This document shows positions 24,655 to 36,200 of a DNA stretch of 64,000 nucleotides, piece by piece. The stretch is from Fimicolochytrium jonesii (lineage: Eukaryota). The notes below the pieces were generated by a model. That model did not search any database, had not been told where the DNA came from, and saw nothing but the letters and a program-made list of their open reading frames with translations. The DNA is taken from positions 124,001 through 188,000 of the forward strand of contig NW_026515679.1 of NCBI RefSeq assembly GCF_025526975.1, in the 5' to 3' direction. Both the position numbers and the translations under genes were made by a program. Every line of letters starts with the position of its first letter. Positions within the stretch are counted from its first letter, which is position 1.

Positions 24655-25854
24655 TGGGCATTAATTTGCGTTTTACTGAGCAAGTTCCCACACGACGTTT
24701 GTGGACGGGGCAACTCACAGAAGGAACCAACTTACATATACAGTACAAATCGAACCTATCGAACGCGTCCGCACAGCGAGTCTCCGCGAGTCTCCCGAGT
24801 CTCCGTCCTCACAAAGCAGGGATATCACACCTTTTCCCACGCCGATTCCACGGGATTTTCCCACGCTTACGCCGGGATCGGCTCCCCACTCCCTGCCCCT
24901 TCTCTCTCGTCCGGCGATCTTCTCTGTCGGTCGAACAGATCTCAGCGCATCGTCGAGCACTCCGACAGAACATATTCCTCGGGATTTCAACATGTCCTCT
25001 CGAAACGCCTCCCCAACACTCCCCGGCCGGAATCGAAAGGAAAATACATAGTACCTACCTTCAACGGAGATCCTGCGAGATGAATGCTGGAGTGCGACGG
25101 TCACACTATTCTTTTGGATTTCCACTCACGCACAAAGGAACGCCGTTTGGAGAACATGGCAGACCTCGAGTTCAAATTGACAGCGCCTGGTCGAAATGCG
25201 GTGTCAACAATCGGCACATGGGAGCACGGACTGTGGCAATCTCAACTCTCCGTTCAAGGCGGTGTGCACATCTCACACAAGCGGAAGTTGTCAATGCAGC
25301 ATCCACCTGCTCTCACATAATGGAGGACGCTCACAGATACTTTGTGGCTTGCTCCGGCCTGTGCACCAGGATGGATCGTGCCTCTTGCGTCTTGCCTGCT
25401 GGGGTCCAACCTAGCAATCAACATGGAATCTTTCACCAAGGCATATTGTTTGGAGTGCAGGATCACACAACAAAAGATGGGCACTGGTACCCCTCACATT
25501 GCTTGTCTCAAGTTGACAAATACGGGGGACACGGGCAACGCAGAAGATCAGGGACGACCTGCATATCAGGAATCCAGGCTCTTGGGTTCTGCAACACTGC
25601 AAAAAACTCAGTCCTTCTGCTCCCATGATGGAAAAGGGCAGCAGTAGGCAACGGAAAGAACCACGCCATTGCCGCAGAGGCCACGCACTGTCTTCTGCAG
25701 ATGCCACGCCATGTCAGTCGCACACATCTATAAGGCCCCCTGGTGTCGTCTTGTAGCTTAATACTGTTTGTCCGTGGTAATCAAAGAAAGAGCGGTGGAA
25801 GGCTGAAAGCTTGGGGATATGACAGGTTGACCGTAATCTGAGAGTCCTCCAAGG

Positions 25855-26215
25855 TTCAGAAGGGCGATACTTAGCAGGTCTTCCTTCCCGTTGGCTTCTT
25901 GGATTGATAGTTTTCGGTGTGGCTGACCCAGTTGATGTGTTTCTCACTGTGCTGAAATGAGCTTGCTCTTGAGTGGCAATCTCCCTCTTTGCCTGCCCTG
26001 TGCAGCGCCACTATGGCAGCCCTCGTCTGTGGAGTGAGAGATCTGCCCATAGCTGTTGTTGTTGTCAAGGTTTCTTGGCATTCCAAACTCACCATCTCAC
26101 CGTCGCCGCCAGCTCTCGCAGCCATCTCGCAGCGAGCTAATAGCTGGCAGTGACACACGCCTCTGCCTTGTGAAACGGTCCTTGAGTTCAATCAGTTTTC
26201 TCCTACCTGACTGTA
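25855..26215 (-). mobile_element. Degenerate Tc1/mariner transposon 5' remnant
   Basis: From ATG 26050, with frameshifts: MGRSLTPQTRAAIVALHRAGK / REIATQEQAHFSTVRN / INWVSHTENYQSKKPTGR / PAK, i.e. a Tc1-type HTH plus GRP motif. Candidate TA|CAGT terminus at 26215-26210. No DDE domain or second TIR seen. Confidence 0.6.
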
Positions 26216-26450
26216 GGCCATGAATGTGGGGGGTATGGGCTCGTCGGTGGTTTCCGTTGAGAAGGCCAGAGACTCCCAGAGAGGCCAGAGCCTGCCAGAG
26301 CTGCCAACTTCAAGTGTCCCCCTTGATCTCCCACAGGAATTGAACCGAACGTGCAACTGCAGACAATATCTTTGTGTGCCCCATACGGTCATCGGCTCCG
26401 GCCCCAAACGAGCAGTTCGAACTTCTGTGCGTAAGAGGCATATCGCCGTC

Positions 26451-28157
26451 ATGTCTCAAGTTTCCTACAATCCAAAGGACCTTCCGAATATCGAGAAAGC
26501 GAAAGCAAAAGGAAACGAGGCACATGGGAAGCAGGAATACGGAACGGCGGTTCAAGAGTATACTAAGGCAATTGGATATTTCTCAACGTCCTCCAAACCT
26601 CCAAGTCCGCCGCCAGGGTCTGGCGCCGGGAGTTGGCAAAACCCTGCACAGCTAAAGTGCACCTTGCACTGTAATCGATCGGCTGCTTATCTGGGACTGC
26701 AGAAGTATGAGGAGAGCCTGAAAGATGCATTGGCGGCCGACATGGCTGGCTGGTACAAGCCTTTCTTCAGACAAGGGGAAGCTTTAACGGGCCTCAGGAG
26801 ATACGAACAAGCATTAGTGGCTTACGAGCGAGCGATCGAATACGTGGGTGCTGTTTGTCGTTTGTGTGATACATCTCTGTGATCTGTCACTCAATCAACA
26901 CGTTCTGAAGGGCAGTTGGGGGCAGGGAAAGAAGATCAAGATAAAGATAAAAGCCGGCTTCTTCGAGCTCGCATCGAGCAGATTGTGCGGAGGATCAAGC
27001 GCACGCGTAGGCTAATGGAGGACGAAGAGCTAGGTTCGGATCAACGGAGCAGTTCAGTTGTTTCTGCGGACCTCCGCCCTAAACATTCCTTGCTTCTAGG
27101 ATTCCGTCTACATCAAATATCGCCGAGTAGAGGGGACATTTGTGGCAAACAGTTCATGGCGCCGATCCAAAATGTCATCTTTGCGTACGCGAAGCAGATG
27201 CGGAACTTCATCTACTTCATTGAGAACATCGCCTCCGGGGAATGTTTAGTCGTGGACGCATGTTGGGATATCAACGGCGTTATTAGCTACGCGGAGAAGC
27301 ATAAGATGAAGATCGTCGGCGCGATCGCAACGCATTATCATGTCGACCATGTAGGCGGGATACCACCGCCGCCATTCGACCTTCCAGGCATCCGGGTTGA
27401 TGGCTTGCAGAAGCTTTTGAAGAAGCTTCCGAACATCCAGGCCTTCGTGAGCCCTGGGGACGTTCCAGGCATCATAAAAGCGAACCCGGATATGGCTTCG
27501 AAAATGGATCGGCTAAGGACGACCGCGGATAACGAGACATTGGTGCTACCGATGTCGTTGAACGGAGAAAGTAATACTGGCGGGAGTACGACAGTGGGGA
27601 GGAGCACTATCCTGCAATTCATACACACGCCAGGACATTCACCGGTACGAAGAAGGAGTCTTTCGCGCCGCGACAAAGTGGTCGCTCGCTGACATGACAA
27701 TCCTTCCTACCTCCTCCTAGGGCTCTCAATGTATCTTGATCAACGGCGTGCGGTTGTTGTCCGGGGACACCCTTTTCATAGGATCTTGTGGCCGAGTGGA
27801 TTTCCCAGATTCGAGCGTAAAGGTGAGAATCTCATCCCCAGAATGTGCGGGCAAAGCGTAGGGTTTAACCCACTTCTGTTATGCTGTCATGCAGGATCTC
27901 TACGACTCCTTACAAGTGAAACTCGCAGCTCTCCCGGACGAGGTAATAAGGGCAATTACCAACATAGAAATTGTGCTCGTCCATCTCATCACATCTCCCC
28001 ATAGGTTGTCATCTTCCCGGGCCATGATTATGGCGGGGAACAAACCACCGTGCAACGGGAGAAGCAGGATGGGCTTCTGAGACCCATAGATTTCGAAACC
28101 TTTCGATCGTTTCTCCAAGACTCGACAGACAGCGTGCCCCCTCCTGCTTCTCTTTGA
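26451..28157 (+). CDS. TPR + metallo-beta-lactamase-fold (glyoxalase II-like) fusion protein
   Basis: N-terminal TPRs (KAKGNEAHGKQEYGTAVQEYTKAI, LHCNRSAAYLGL, KPFFRQGEAL); MBL motifs THYHVDHVGG, HTPGHSPG, SGDTLFIGSCGRVDFP and PGHDY across GT-AG introns. Confidence 0.85.
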
Positions 28158-29025
28158 TTCCGGTCAGGTTTTGGCATCCCAGGCTGGGGCTCCAAAGCCA
28201 TGGACATTTTCTGTTCGTATATACGTTCTTCTTGGAGCACTCAATTACGCACTGCAACGCTGGGCATTTGAAAAACGGATATGTTGCGGAGGGAGTCAAG
28301 TGCCTGAGATGAATTGAGGTTTAAACACGCTACCTCCCACATGCTATTGTCAGTCCCCCAGCCCTAGCGTCCCATCAGTGTCCGACTCCTTCCCATTATT
28401 CTCCCTTCACTCCTTTATAAATCCAGAACTTGCGTTTGTGGAGCCGGTTGAGAGGGGCTATGACTGTTGCTATGGTGGTATAGACTAGGGCTTCAGATGA
28501 CGATGTAAATGTATGATGATAAAGTGTCCATGTCAAGGAGTGCCGGTGCCACCAGATGCAGGTTTGAGAGAATCTACCAAGTGCCCTTCACTTGCAAAAG
28601 GTGTCGTATAGCATTTACAAAGACGCAATCCCTTCAATGGTTGCCACCACTGGGAGTTGTTCCACATCTTCACTGAAGGTTTGAAACCTCTGAAACATGT
28701 GCTGATCTGCGGCAATGGCGTCGTTTTTACCGTGAGCAAATAATGTCGTACCGAGATTTCAGAAAATGCCACTGCCCCCGCTTCCGTCCGCGACTTGACG
28801 TCCGCCTCCGCGGCTGCCACGTAATACGTAACACGTATCTGTCATTTCAAGTTACTACTGTACGTTGTGTGCGACACTGGCTGGATTGGCGTTCTCACAT
28901 GGCGCGTAACCCCCGGGAATCGAGACTTGCGCCCCGACTTGCGCCATAAAATTCCCTGGGGACTTTGAACATAAAGGAGCCAGCGACACTGGTGGTGGAA
29001 AAAAAACTCACTTTCATTCTTCAAC

Positions 29026-30196
29026 ATGGTCTTCGGTTTCTTCGAAAAGCAGTGGGACGCAACTCAACTCCCCGACCTGTCGGGCAAGGTCGCTATTGTC
29101 ACTGGCGGAAGTAAGTGGTTCGTCGTTATCAACGGTTTCTTTCAAGTTTAAGCTGATACCCATACATTCACGCAGACACTGGTATCGGTTACGAAACGGC
29201 CCTGCATTTAGCTGGACACAATGCGAAAGTTTACATAGCCGCACGTACCGAAAGTCGTGCGAAAGCAGCTATCGAGAAGATCAAACACGCGCATCCCAAA
29301 GCGCAGGTCGAGTGGCTCCCACTCGACCTGCTGCACCTGAAGTCCGTGAAGCAAGCAGCGGAGGACTATCTCAGGAAGGAATCCCGTCTGGATATCCTTG
29401 TCAACAATGCGGGCATTATGGCGCCGCCCTTTGAGCTTTCGGCTGATGGGGTCGAGATTCAGTTTCAGACGAACCACCTCGCTCATTTCCTTTTCACTCA
29501 CGCCCTCCTGCCTACGCTCCTCGCCACGTCGAAACAACCTGGCTCCTCGGTGCGCATTGTGAACGTTGCTTCCCGTGCCCATGAGATGGCCTCTAAGGAT
29601 ATGCGCTACGAAAGTCTGGAGCAAGTGAACAAGGACTGGGGAAGCACCTGGGCTCGCTATGGTGGGAGAGAGCCCTTGGGCAGGGGAAAGAGCTGAACGG
29701 GCGCATGGCTAATATCTTCAAATCCTTTTAATAGCGCAATCGAAGCTCGCAAATGTTTTGTTTACCAGGAAGTTAGCGCAGAAGCTCGAGGGCGAAAAAA
29801 TATTCGTGAACGCCGTTCATCCAGGAGTCATCGCAACTGAGCTATCGCGTGGACCTGCGGCGTCCTACGGCAAGCTTGTCGGAACTCTTTTCGATGGCAT
29901 CGGAGCACTGTTCCTGCTGACTCCGTACAAGGGCGCCCTGACGCAGATCTATGCGGCTGGCAGCACCGAGATCGAGACAAATAATGTTCGGTAAGTCCAA
30001 CATTCATTGGTTGATCAGAAATCACCGACAAGCGACCCTCCCAAGCATCGTACTGACTTTCCCGTCCTATAGTGCGCAATACTTGTGGCCTATCGCGAAG
30101 ATTGGGGAGCCGACAGCGCTTGCAAAGGACCAGGAGAGGGCCGATAACCTCTGGAACCTCTCGGAGAAGATTTTGACTGACAAGGGCCTCTTCTGA
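29026..30196 (+). CDS. Short-chain dehydrogenase/reductase (retinol dehydrogenase/WWOX-like)
   Basis: GKVAIVTGGN|TGIG, LVNNAGIM, FQTNHLAHFLFT, Y|AQSKLAN and NAVHPGVIAT; three introns. Confidence 0.92.
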
Positions 30197-30565
30197 GATC
30201 CTTCAGTTGAGAAAACGAGATCTGACAGCGAGCGAAGCGAGCACTCCCCGTTGGTTACGATAGATTCCTTGCGTTGGTTCTTTGGGCTGATTTGGTAGTA
30301 ATGGTGATCTCGGACATCTACACATAGTTTGTACAATAGGAACCTCACTTCGCTCTGTACGCCATTGCAATTAACGCCGGAACCCTCTTCCTTCAAGGCT
30401 CGATCCTCTCGCTCTTCAATCAGCCTCGACCGCGCGGGGTAAATTTGATGTAGACCAGATCCGCGTTCAACGTGATCCCCAGAGATGTCTTCAGATTAGG
30501 CTGAGTAGCTTCGACATTAAAAGTTCGGTTTAGAGTTCGGGGAACTAGAGATCGCATCGATTTGG

Positions 30566-31460
30566 CAATCTGCTTTGATCACAGCTTGAAGGTAGTCAGT
30601 CCATCTGAGACAATTGCTCAGGCGTCACATTGCCTTCCTGGCAAACGCTTTCAATCTCATTCACCAGCTTTCGGAGAGCATGGGAGTTTTCTTCTTTACC
30701 GAGCCCATGCAAAGCGAACATCAGAAGAGAGGCAGTGGTATCTGTTCCTGCGCGAATGATCCCCAAGGAGCCTGTGAGTGTGAAATACACTAAATCAGTA
30801 GGGCACCCGGCTTTCCCTTGGTTAAGACGAGGTCACAGACTTGTCATTATGTTACTCTCGCCGAGAATTTCGCCCGTCTTTTTGCACAGTGCCGTCGCGA
30901 AGCCTCTGCGGAGTGTATCAATATATTACACTATCTTACCTCTACTCGCACCTCGACGTTCATCCTGCGGCCCTTTCTCAGAATCTGCTTTCCCTCCTCG
31001 AGAAGATTTTTAACAAACTCCTGATTGTCTTCATGGACTGCGACTGTTTGATCAAAACGAGCTCGTCCTCAAAGTCTACTTTCGAGTTGGGTAGCGTGAA
31101 GTGGCTTGAGCCCGAAGGAACGATGCTGCGAATGGCATCCCGGACCTCTCGGTGCTGTTGCGCTTCGTTTCTGAAGGCAACTTGGAGGATTCCGCCAAAG
31201 GTATAGTCATTGAGGGGAACCGTAACATTTACGGGTCCGCTCTGAATGTTCAGGGTGTCATAAGCGGGCGGCAAGCCTTCGATAGATTGGAGGATTGCCT
31301 AAGCGTGCACATGTTGTACCATCTCGTCAGTATGTGCATTAATATCACTGATGAAGCCATGAATAATCTTGGGTGGGAGCAACGCCATTTTTGTTATACG
31401 ACGGTATTTGTTCCAGTGATTTTCAACTGTTGCAGACGAAGAGGATGAACGTCCGGGTAA
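30566..31460 (-). pseudogene. Cytochrome P450 pseudogene fragment
   Basis: C-helix HWNKYRR, I-helix AGTDTTASLL and pre-K-helix EQLSQMD/YLQAVIK. Lesions: in-frame TAG at 31301-31299, a 4-bp duplication (30594-30601) causing a frameshift, and loss of homology before ExxR and the heme Cys motif. Confidence 0.75.
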
Positions 31461-31615
31461 TGTCTTGCTCTGTCATAGCCCTACTCACCGAGTCGCATGA
31501 CAATGCCAGCGTTTCCCGTCGTAGCCTCGGGGTGCACGACAGCCCGCAAAGCATCGAAGGGACCCGGTGTGAGTGGGGGCCCGGCGGGAAGCTGTCAGGG
31601 AACTGTCAGGGAACT

Positions 31616-31745
31616 TGTGAAGGATCCAGGTCACGGGACGCTGCACGTGACTGCGAACTTCATCTTTTCTTCCTTCCTTAAAAACGCACTTCCTCTGAAG
31701 TCGTTCTTCTTGTACTTTATCAACAATAGAGTCTACTCTGTTACA
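31616..31745 (+). repeat. 5' LTR (130 bp)
   Basis: TGTGAAGG...GTTACA; identical to the 3' LTR except for one G. Confidence 0.95.
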
Positions 31746-31753
31746 TGGTAGCA
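31746..31753 (+). other. Primer-binding site (TGGTAGCA), initiator tRNA-Met type
   Basis: Directly follows the 5' LTR; complementary to the ...UGCUACCA 3' end typical of eukaryotic initiator tRNA-Met. Confidence 0.7.
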
Positions 31754-31848
31754 CCACCCTTCTTCGAAAACAGAACGACGACGACGACCCCGCCAACGCA
31801 GCCTCCCTTGACTGTTGAGAGCCCATCGGAAAGTTCCCGCCCAACACC

Positions 31849-33291
31849 ATGACCAAACGCACGAAGATGACCAAGACCAAAGCGCAGCAACAAGCGGAGT
31901 CTGAAAATCCGAGCTCCGCCGACGACACCCGCCCTGTCCACAACGAGGACGAGCCTCCCGCCTCCCCAGTCAGCGCTCGGGCCGACAACCGTGACAACGA
32001 CGAGGACAACCGCGACAACGACGAGGGAGAAGGCCCAGACGACCACTACGCCGGCCAAGGTTCCCACGCCCTGACCCACGCCGACGAACTAGACCAGGAC
32101 CAAGACGAGCAGGGAGACGACAGCGGCGACGACGACGAGCTTAGCCCCCAAGGCCTCCTCCAACTCATGGCCAAGATGGAGTCAAGCTTCGCCGAGGTCG
32201 TTAACGAAACCCGCGAGCAGGCCGCTGCAGACAAAGCCGAGCTCCTCGCCCGTCAGGCCAGCCTTCACCGCCTCCTGAAAGAATCTCACGACAACACCAA
32301 GCGCCTTGAACGTCTCCTTACTCAGCAGATCGAACAGGGCCAACAGAAACCCACACCCCGCCCTCCCTTCACCTTCAGCAACGTCCGCCCCGTAAACCGC
32401 ACATTGGCCTCGCCCGCCCAATCCCATCTCCCCTCCCCGGTAACCCCGCCGGAGCTACAAGAACGCAGTGATACAACCAGCTTCGTCGCCGAGGGCCCAA
32501 TCGCCAAGTCTCTCCGCGAAGGCCTCGCTACGTTCGACGGCATGTCTCGGTCGACCAAATCCGCAAACGAGTTCCTGACCCGCCTCGACCGATACTTCGC
32601 CGCCACCCCGGCAGTCCCGGATATCATGAAGATCTCGCTGGCCGCCTCTAAACTCAAGGATACCGCCGAGCGATGGTACGAACAAGCAGAATCCACCATC
32701 CTTACGTGGGAAGCGTTCAAAGACGGGCTCCGCAACCGCTTCATCCCACCCAACGCGGAAGAACACGCGCTCCTGGCCCTCGAACGCCTCACCCAGACCG
32801 GCTCGGTCGACGAATACTACCAAAGGTTCTCGGCACTCCTCCTCGAAATCCCGGAGATGACGGATAAGCAGGCCTGCTGCGCCTTCCGCAAGGGCCTCCG
32901 TCCCGGCATCCAACGGTTGCTCGCCGCCAACCCCTCTAGCCTCACGATGTCCCTGGCGGAACTCGTCACGCTGGCCGATAGCGTATACTCAGTCGACAGC
33001 GCACGACGGGACGAAACCAACCGAGACAAGAGACCTCCCGCGAAACAATGGCCCCCATCGAACAAGCGTGCAGCCGTCGACGTTGTGGGCACCGGCCCCG
33101 CGACTAAACGCCTGAAAAAGCTGACGAACGACGAGCGTCAGCGGCTCCGCGACCAAGGCGCATGCTTCCGTTGTCGACAACCCGGCCACATGCAAAGCGA
33201 CTGCCCTAAGTACCCCAAGGCCCGTGTCCACGCTATCGCCACCGAACCCCAGGACGAGGATCCCCAGCCCACCCAGGGGGATTTTCAGTGA
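31849..33291 (+). CDS. gag: Retrotransposon Gag (capsid-like domain + CCHC zinc knuckle)
   Basis: 480-aa ORF; LKDTAERWY...TWEAFKDGLRNRF...LTQTGSVDEYYQRF; CFRCRQPGHMQSDC. Confidence 0.93.
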   Translation: MTKRTKMTKTKAQQQAESENPSSADDTRPVHNEDEPPASPVSARADNRDNDEDNRDNDEGEGPDDHYAGQGSHALTHADELDQDQDEQGDDSGDDDELSPQGLLQLMAKMESSFAEVVNETREQAAADKAELLARQASLHRLLKESHDNTKRLERLLTQQIEQGQQKPTPRPPFTFSNVRPVNRTLASPAQSHLPSPVTPPELQERSDTTSFVAEGPIAKSLREGLATFDGMSRSTKSANEFLTRLDRYFAATPAVPDIMKISLAASKLKDTAERWYEQAESTILTWEAFKDGLRNRFIPPNAEEHALLALERLTQTGSVDEYYQRFSALLLEIPEMTDKQACCAFRKGLRPGIQRLLAANPSSLTMSLAELVTLADSVYSVDSARRDETNRDKRPPAKQWPPSNKRAAVDVVGTGPATKRLKKLTNDERQRLRDQGACFRCRQPGHMQSDCPKYPKARVHAIATEPQDEDPQPTQGDFQ

Positions 33292-36200
33292 GGCCTGCGA
33301 GTGCGACGAACTCTGCAGGCTTCTCCCACCGAAGTCGACCTCCTGATGGTACCCACCGAACCCCTCTGAGCCCACCTGCGGCACCCCCGAAAGAACCGGA
33401 CAAACCAGCGAAACCCCCAGACCCTGTACCCCCTACGATCCGCCCGCGGTCCCCCAACCGACGGCACTACCCAGACATGAACGCATACCCAACCCGTGCC
33501 GCCCCACGATGTCTTCAAACAGAAGCCTCCGACATACTTGAAACCATTGTGGCCGACCTAATGGCACGACATCCACCGCCCACGGACCCTACCCCTGAAC
33601 CTCCGAAACCCCGCACCTTCCTTGCCGAGCTTCGCGCTCACCAACGAACGACGGGCCCGGCCATAGCTGAAGCGGCTCTCACGGTCACCGGCTTTATCAA
33701 TGGCGTCCTCGCCACAATCCTGCTAGACACCGGCTGCACTACCTACGTGCTCAACACCAGTTTGCCCGGAAGCACGGCTTTACCCTACGCCCCACAAAGA
33801 TCACCCTAGAATACGCCGACCGCGACTCTTCGGGCACATCATCCAAGTACACTGTGGCGGACCTGCGACTCAACGACTACGACGAAAGATTACCATGGAT
33901 TGTGGCCCCAATACGCTACGATGCCATTGTCGGCCTGCCCTGGTTCGTCGCCAACTGCCCCTCCTTCGTCACCGCCGGCCCAACGATTTCACTGGCACTC
34001 AGAGACATCCGCGGCAACGAACATCTTATCCCCACCGCGGCCGTCGCCGGCGTCCCCATCCCGAAGAAACCGCACACCAAGCCCAAAGCACACCCCGCCG
34101 ACGACGGACACGACTCCGGCTACGACTCCGATACACCCATTTCCCGCCATCAACTCCGCCGGTTGGTCAAGAAAGGCAGAGCAATCGTGGCGGCCGGCTC
34201 AGCCACCCTCGACCCCGACAACGTTGCCCAAGTCCATATAACCCACGCAAACCCACGACCCACGGAGCCCACACCAACGGACCTCACCTACATCCCCAAT
34301 GAAGTCCGCGACCTCGTCCAGGAGCACATCGCGGCCGTGAAGGATCCCCCAGACAAACCGAAACCGGTAATCGAGCACACTATCCCGTTGCGCGACGGCG
34401 CTAAACCAGTCTACCAGCGGCTATACCACATGTCGGCCGCGGAACTCGACGTGCTCCGGGAGCGCCTTCAAACCCTACTGAAGAAAGGGTACATCGAGCC
34501 GTCCTCCTCCCCATGGGGAGCGCCAGTGCTTTTCGCTAAGAAGAAAGACGGCGGCCTCCGATTTTGCATTGACTACCGCGCCATCAACCAACTGACGATC
34601 CCCGACCGCACACCGGTGCCACACCTCGTAGAGATGCGCGACCGCCTCCAAGGAGCGAAATACTTTACCACACTCGACATCACGGACGCATACTACGGCA
34701 TTCCCATTGCACCGCAGGACATCCATAAGACGGCATTCCGAACCCGGTTCGGTCATTTCCAGTGGAAGGTCATGCCATTTGGCCTCACCTCGGCGCCTGC
34801 GACGTGGAACAAGCTCATGAATCACATCTTCGCCGACATGCTCGACCAAGGGTTGATCGTCTACATGGATGATCTCCTCATCTACGCTTCCGACCTCGAA
34901 ACGCACCGACGCATCCTCAAGGAAGTTCTTCGCCGGCTCCGGGCTCACGGGTTGCACATTAACCTCAAAAAGTGCGCATTCTACACGGCATCGGTCCTTT
35001 TCTGCGGTTTTGTCGTATCGGACGACGGATTGAAGCTCGACCCTGCGAAGATCGCCACTGTCACCGACTGGCCCCAGCCCACAGACCGCGGCGAAGTACG
35101 CTCTTTCCTCGGTTTCACGAACTACCTCTCGGGATCCATCGCCAAGTACGCCGAGATCGCACTCCCCCTATCCAACCTCCTTGCGAAAAACAGACCGTTC
35201 ACCTGGGGGACCGCGGAACAAACGGCATGGGACACCCTACGCGACGCCGTCACATCCGCCCCCACCCTCCAGTGGTACGACCCCTCCGCACAACTCTTCA
35301 TCACCATTGACGCATCCGGGTACGCAATGGGCGCCTGCCTCCTCCAGCCCAAACCCGGGAGTCCCACGATCTCCCCAAAGGCGAAATGGGAGGATGTTCT
35401 GCCGACCCTCCGCCCCGTAGCCTTCTGGTCCCGCAAGCTCGTTTCATACCAAACACGCTATGGAGTACACGAGCGCGAACTCCTCGCGCTGGTCGAAGCC
35501 GTCAAAAGTTTCTCCCCATACGTACGGGGGCGGCAGTTCACAGCCCTCACCGACCATAAGTCGCTCACATGGCTTCGCTCCCAACCGCACCTGTCCCGGC
35601 GTCAGGCATCATGGGTCGAACTTCTACAAGAGCATCAGATTACCATCGGCTACGTCAACGGCGACCACAACACCATAGCCGACATCCTCTCACGACGGCC
35701 GGACTACGCGCCCCGATGTCACAAATGCAGAGGAGTTGTGTACGTGAATGTCGCCCTCGCAAACACAAACGAACTAGAGGACGTCGTACGAGCGCAGACG
35801 ACGAGCGACAGCTACGCAATCGAAATCGTGAAGGCACTGGACAAGCCCACGCAAGCACAGACCCTCCACACCCGCCGCCACCGCTACTCCAACGGGCTCC
35901 TCTTCTACGACAACCGCCTGTACATCCCCGACTCCCCCCTACGCACCCAACTACTCCACGACTCGCACACTGCAGAAGCCGCCGGCCACCCCGGGTGGTT
36001 CAACACTTACGAGCGCCTCCGTGGACAGTTCTACTGGCGGAACCTCGAGCGCGATGTGAAGAGATACACCAGCACTTGCGACTCCTGTCTCCGGGCGAAA
36101 ACAAGACGACAAAAGCCCGGAATGACGCAGCCGCTACCGATCCCCACAATGCGTTGGTCCGATGTCACCCTAGACTTCGCCTATATGCCCGTCGACGCCA

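Noticed and set aside
24654..25628. 324-aa + strand ORF upstream of UPF2
   Set aside because: Non-ATG start, no motifs, and it overlaps the UPF2 promoter/5' region; likely a chance ORF.
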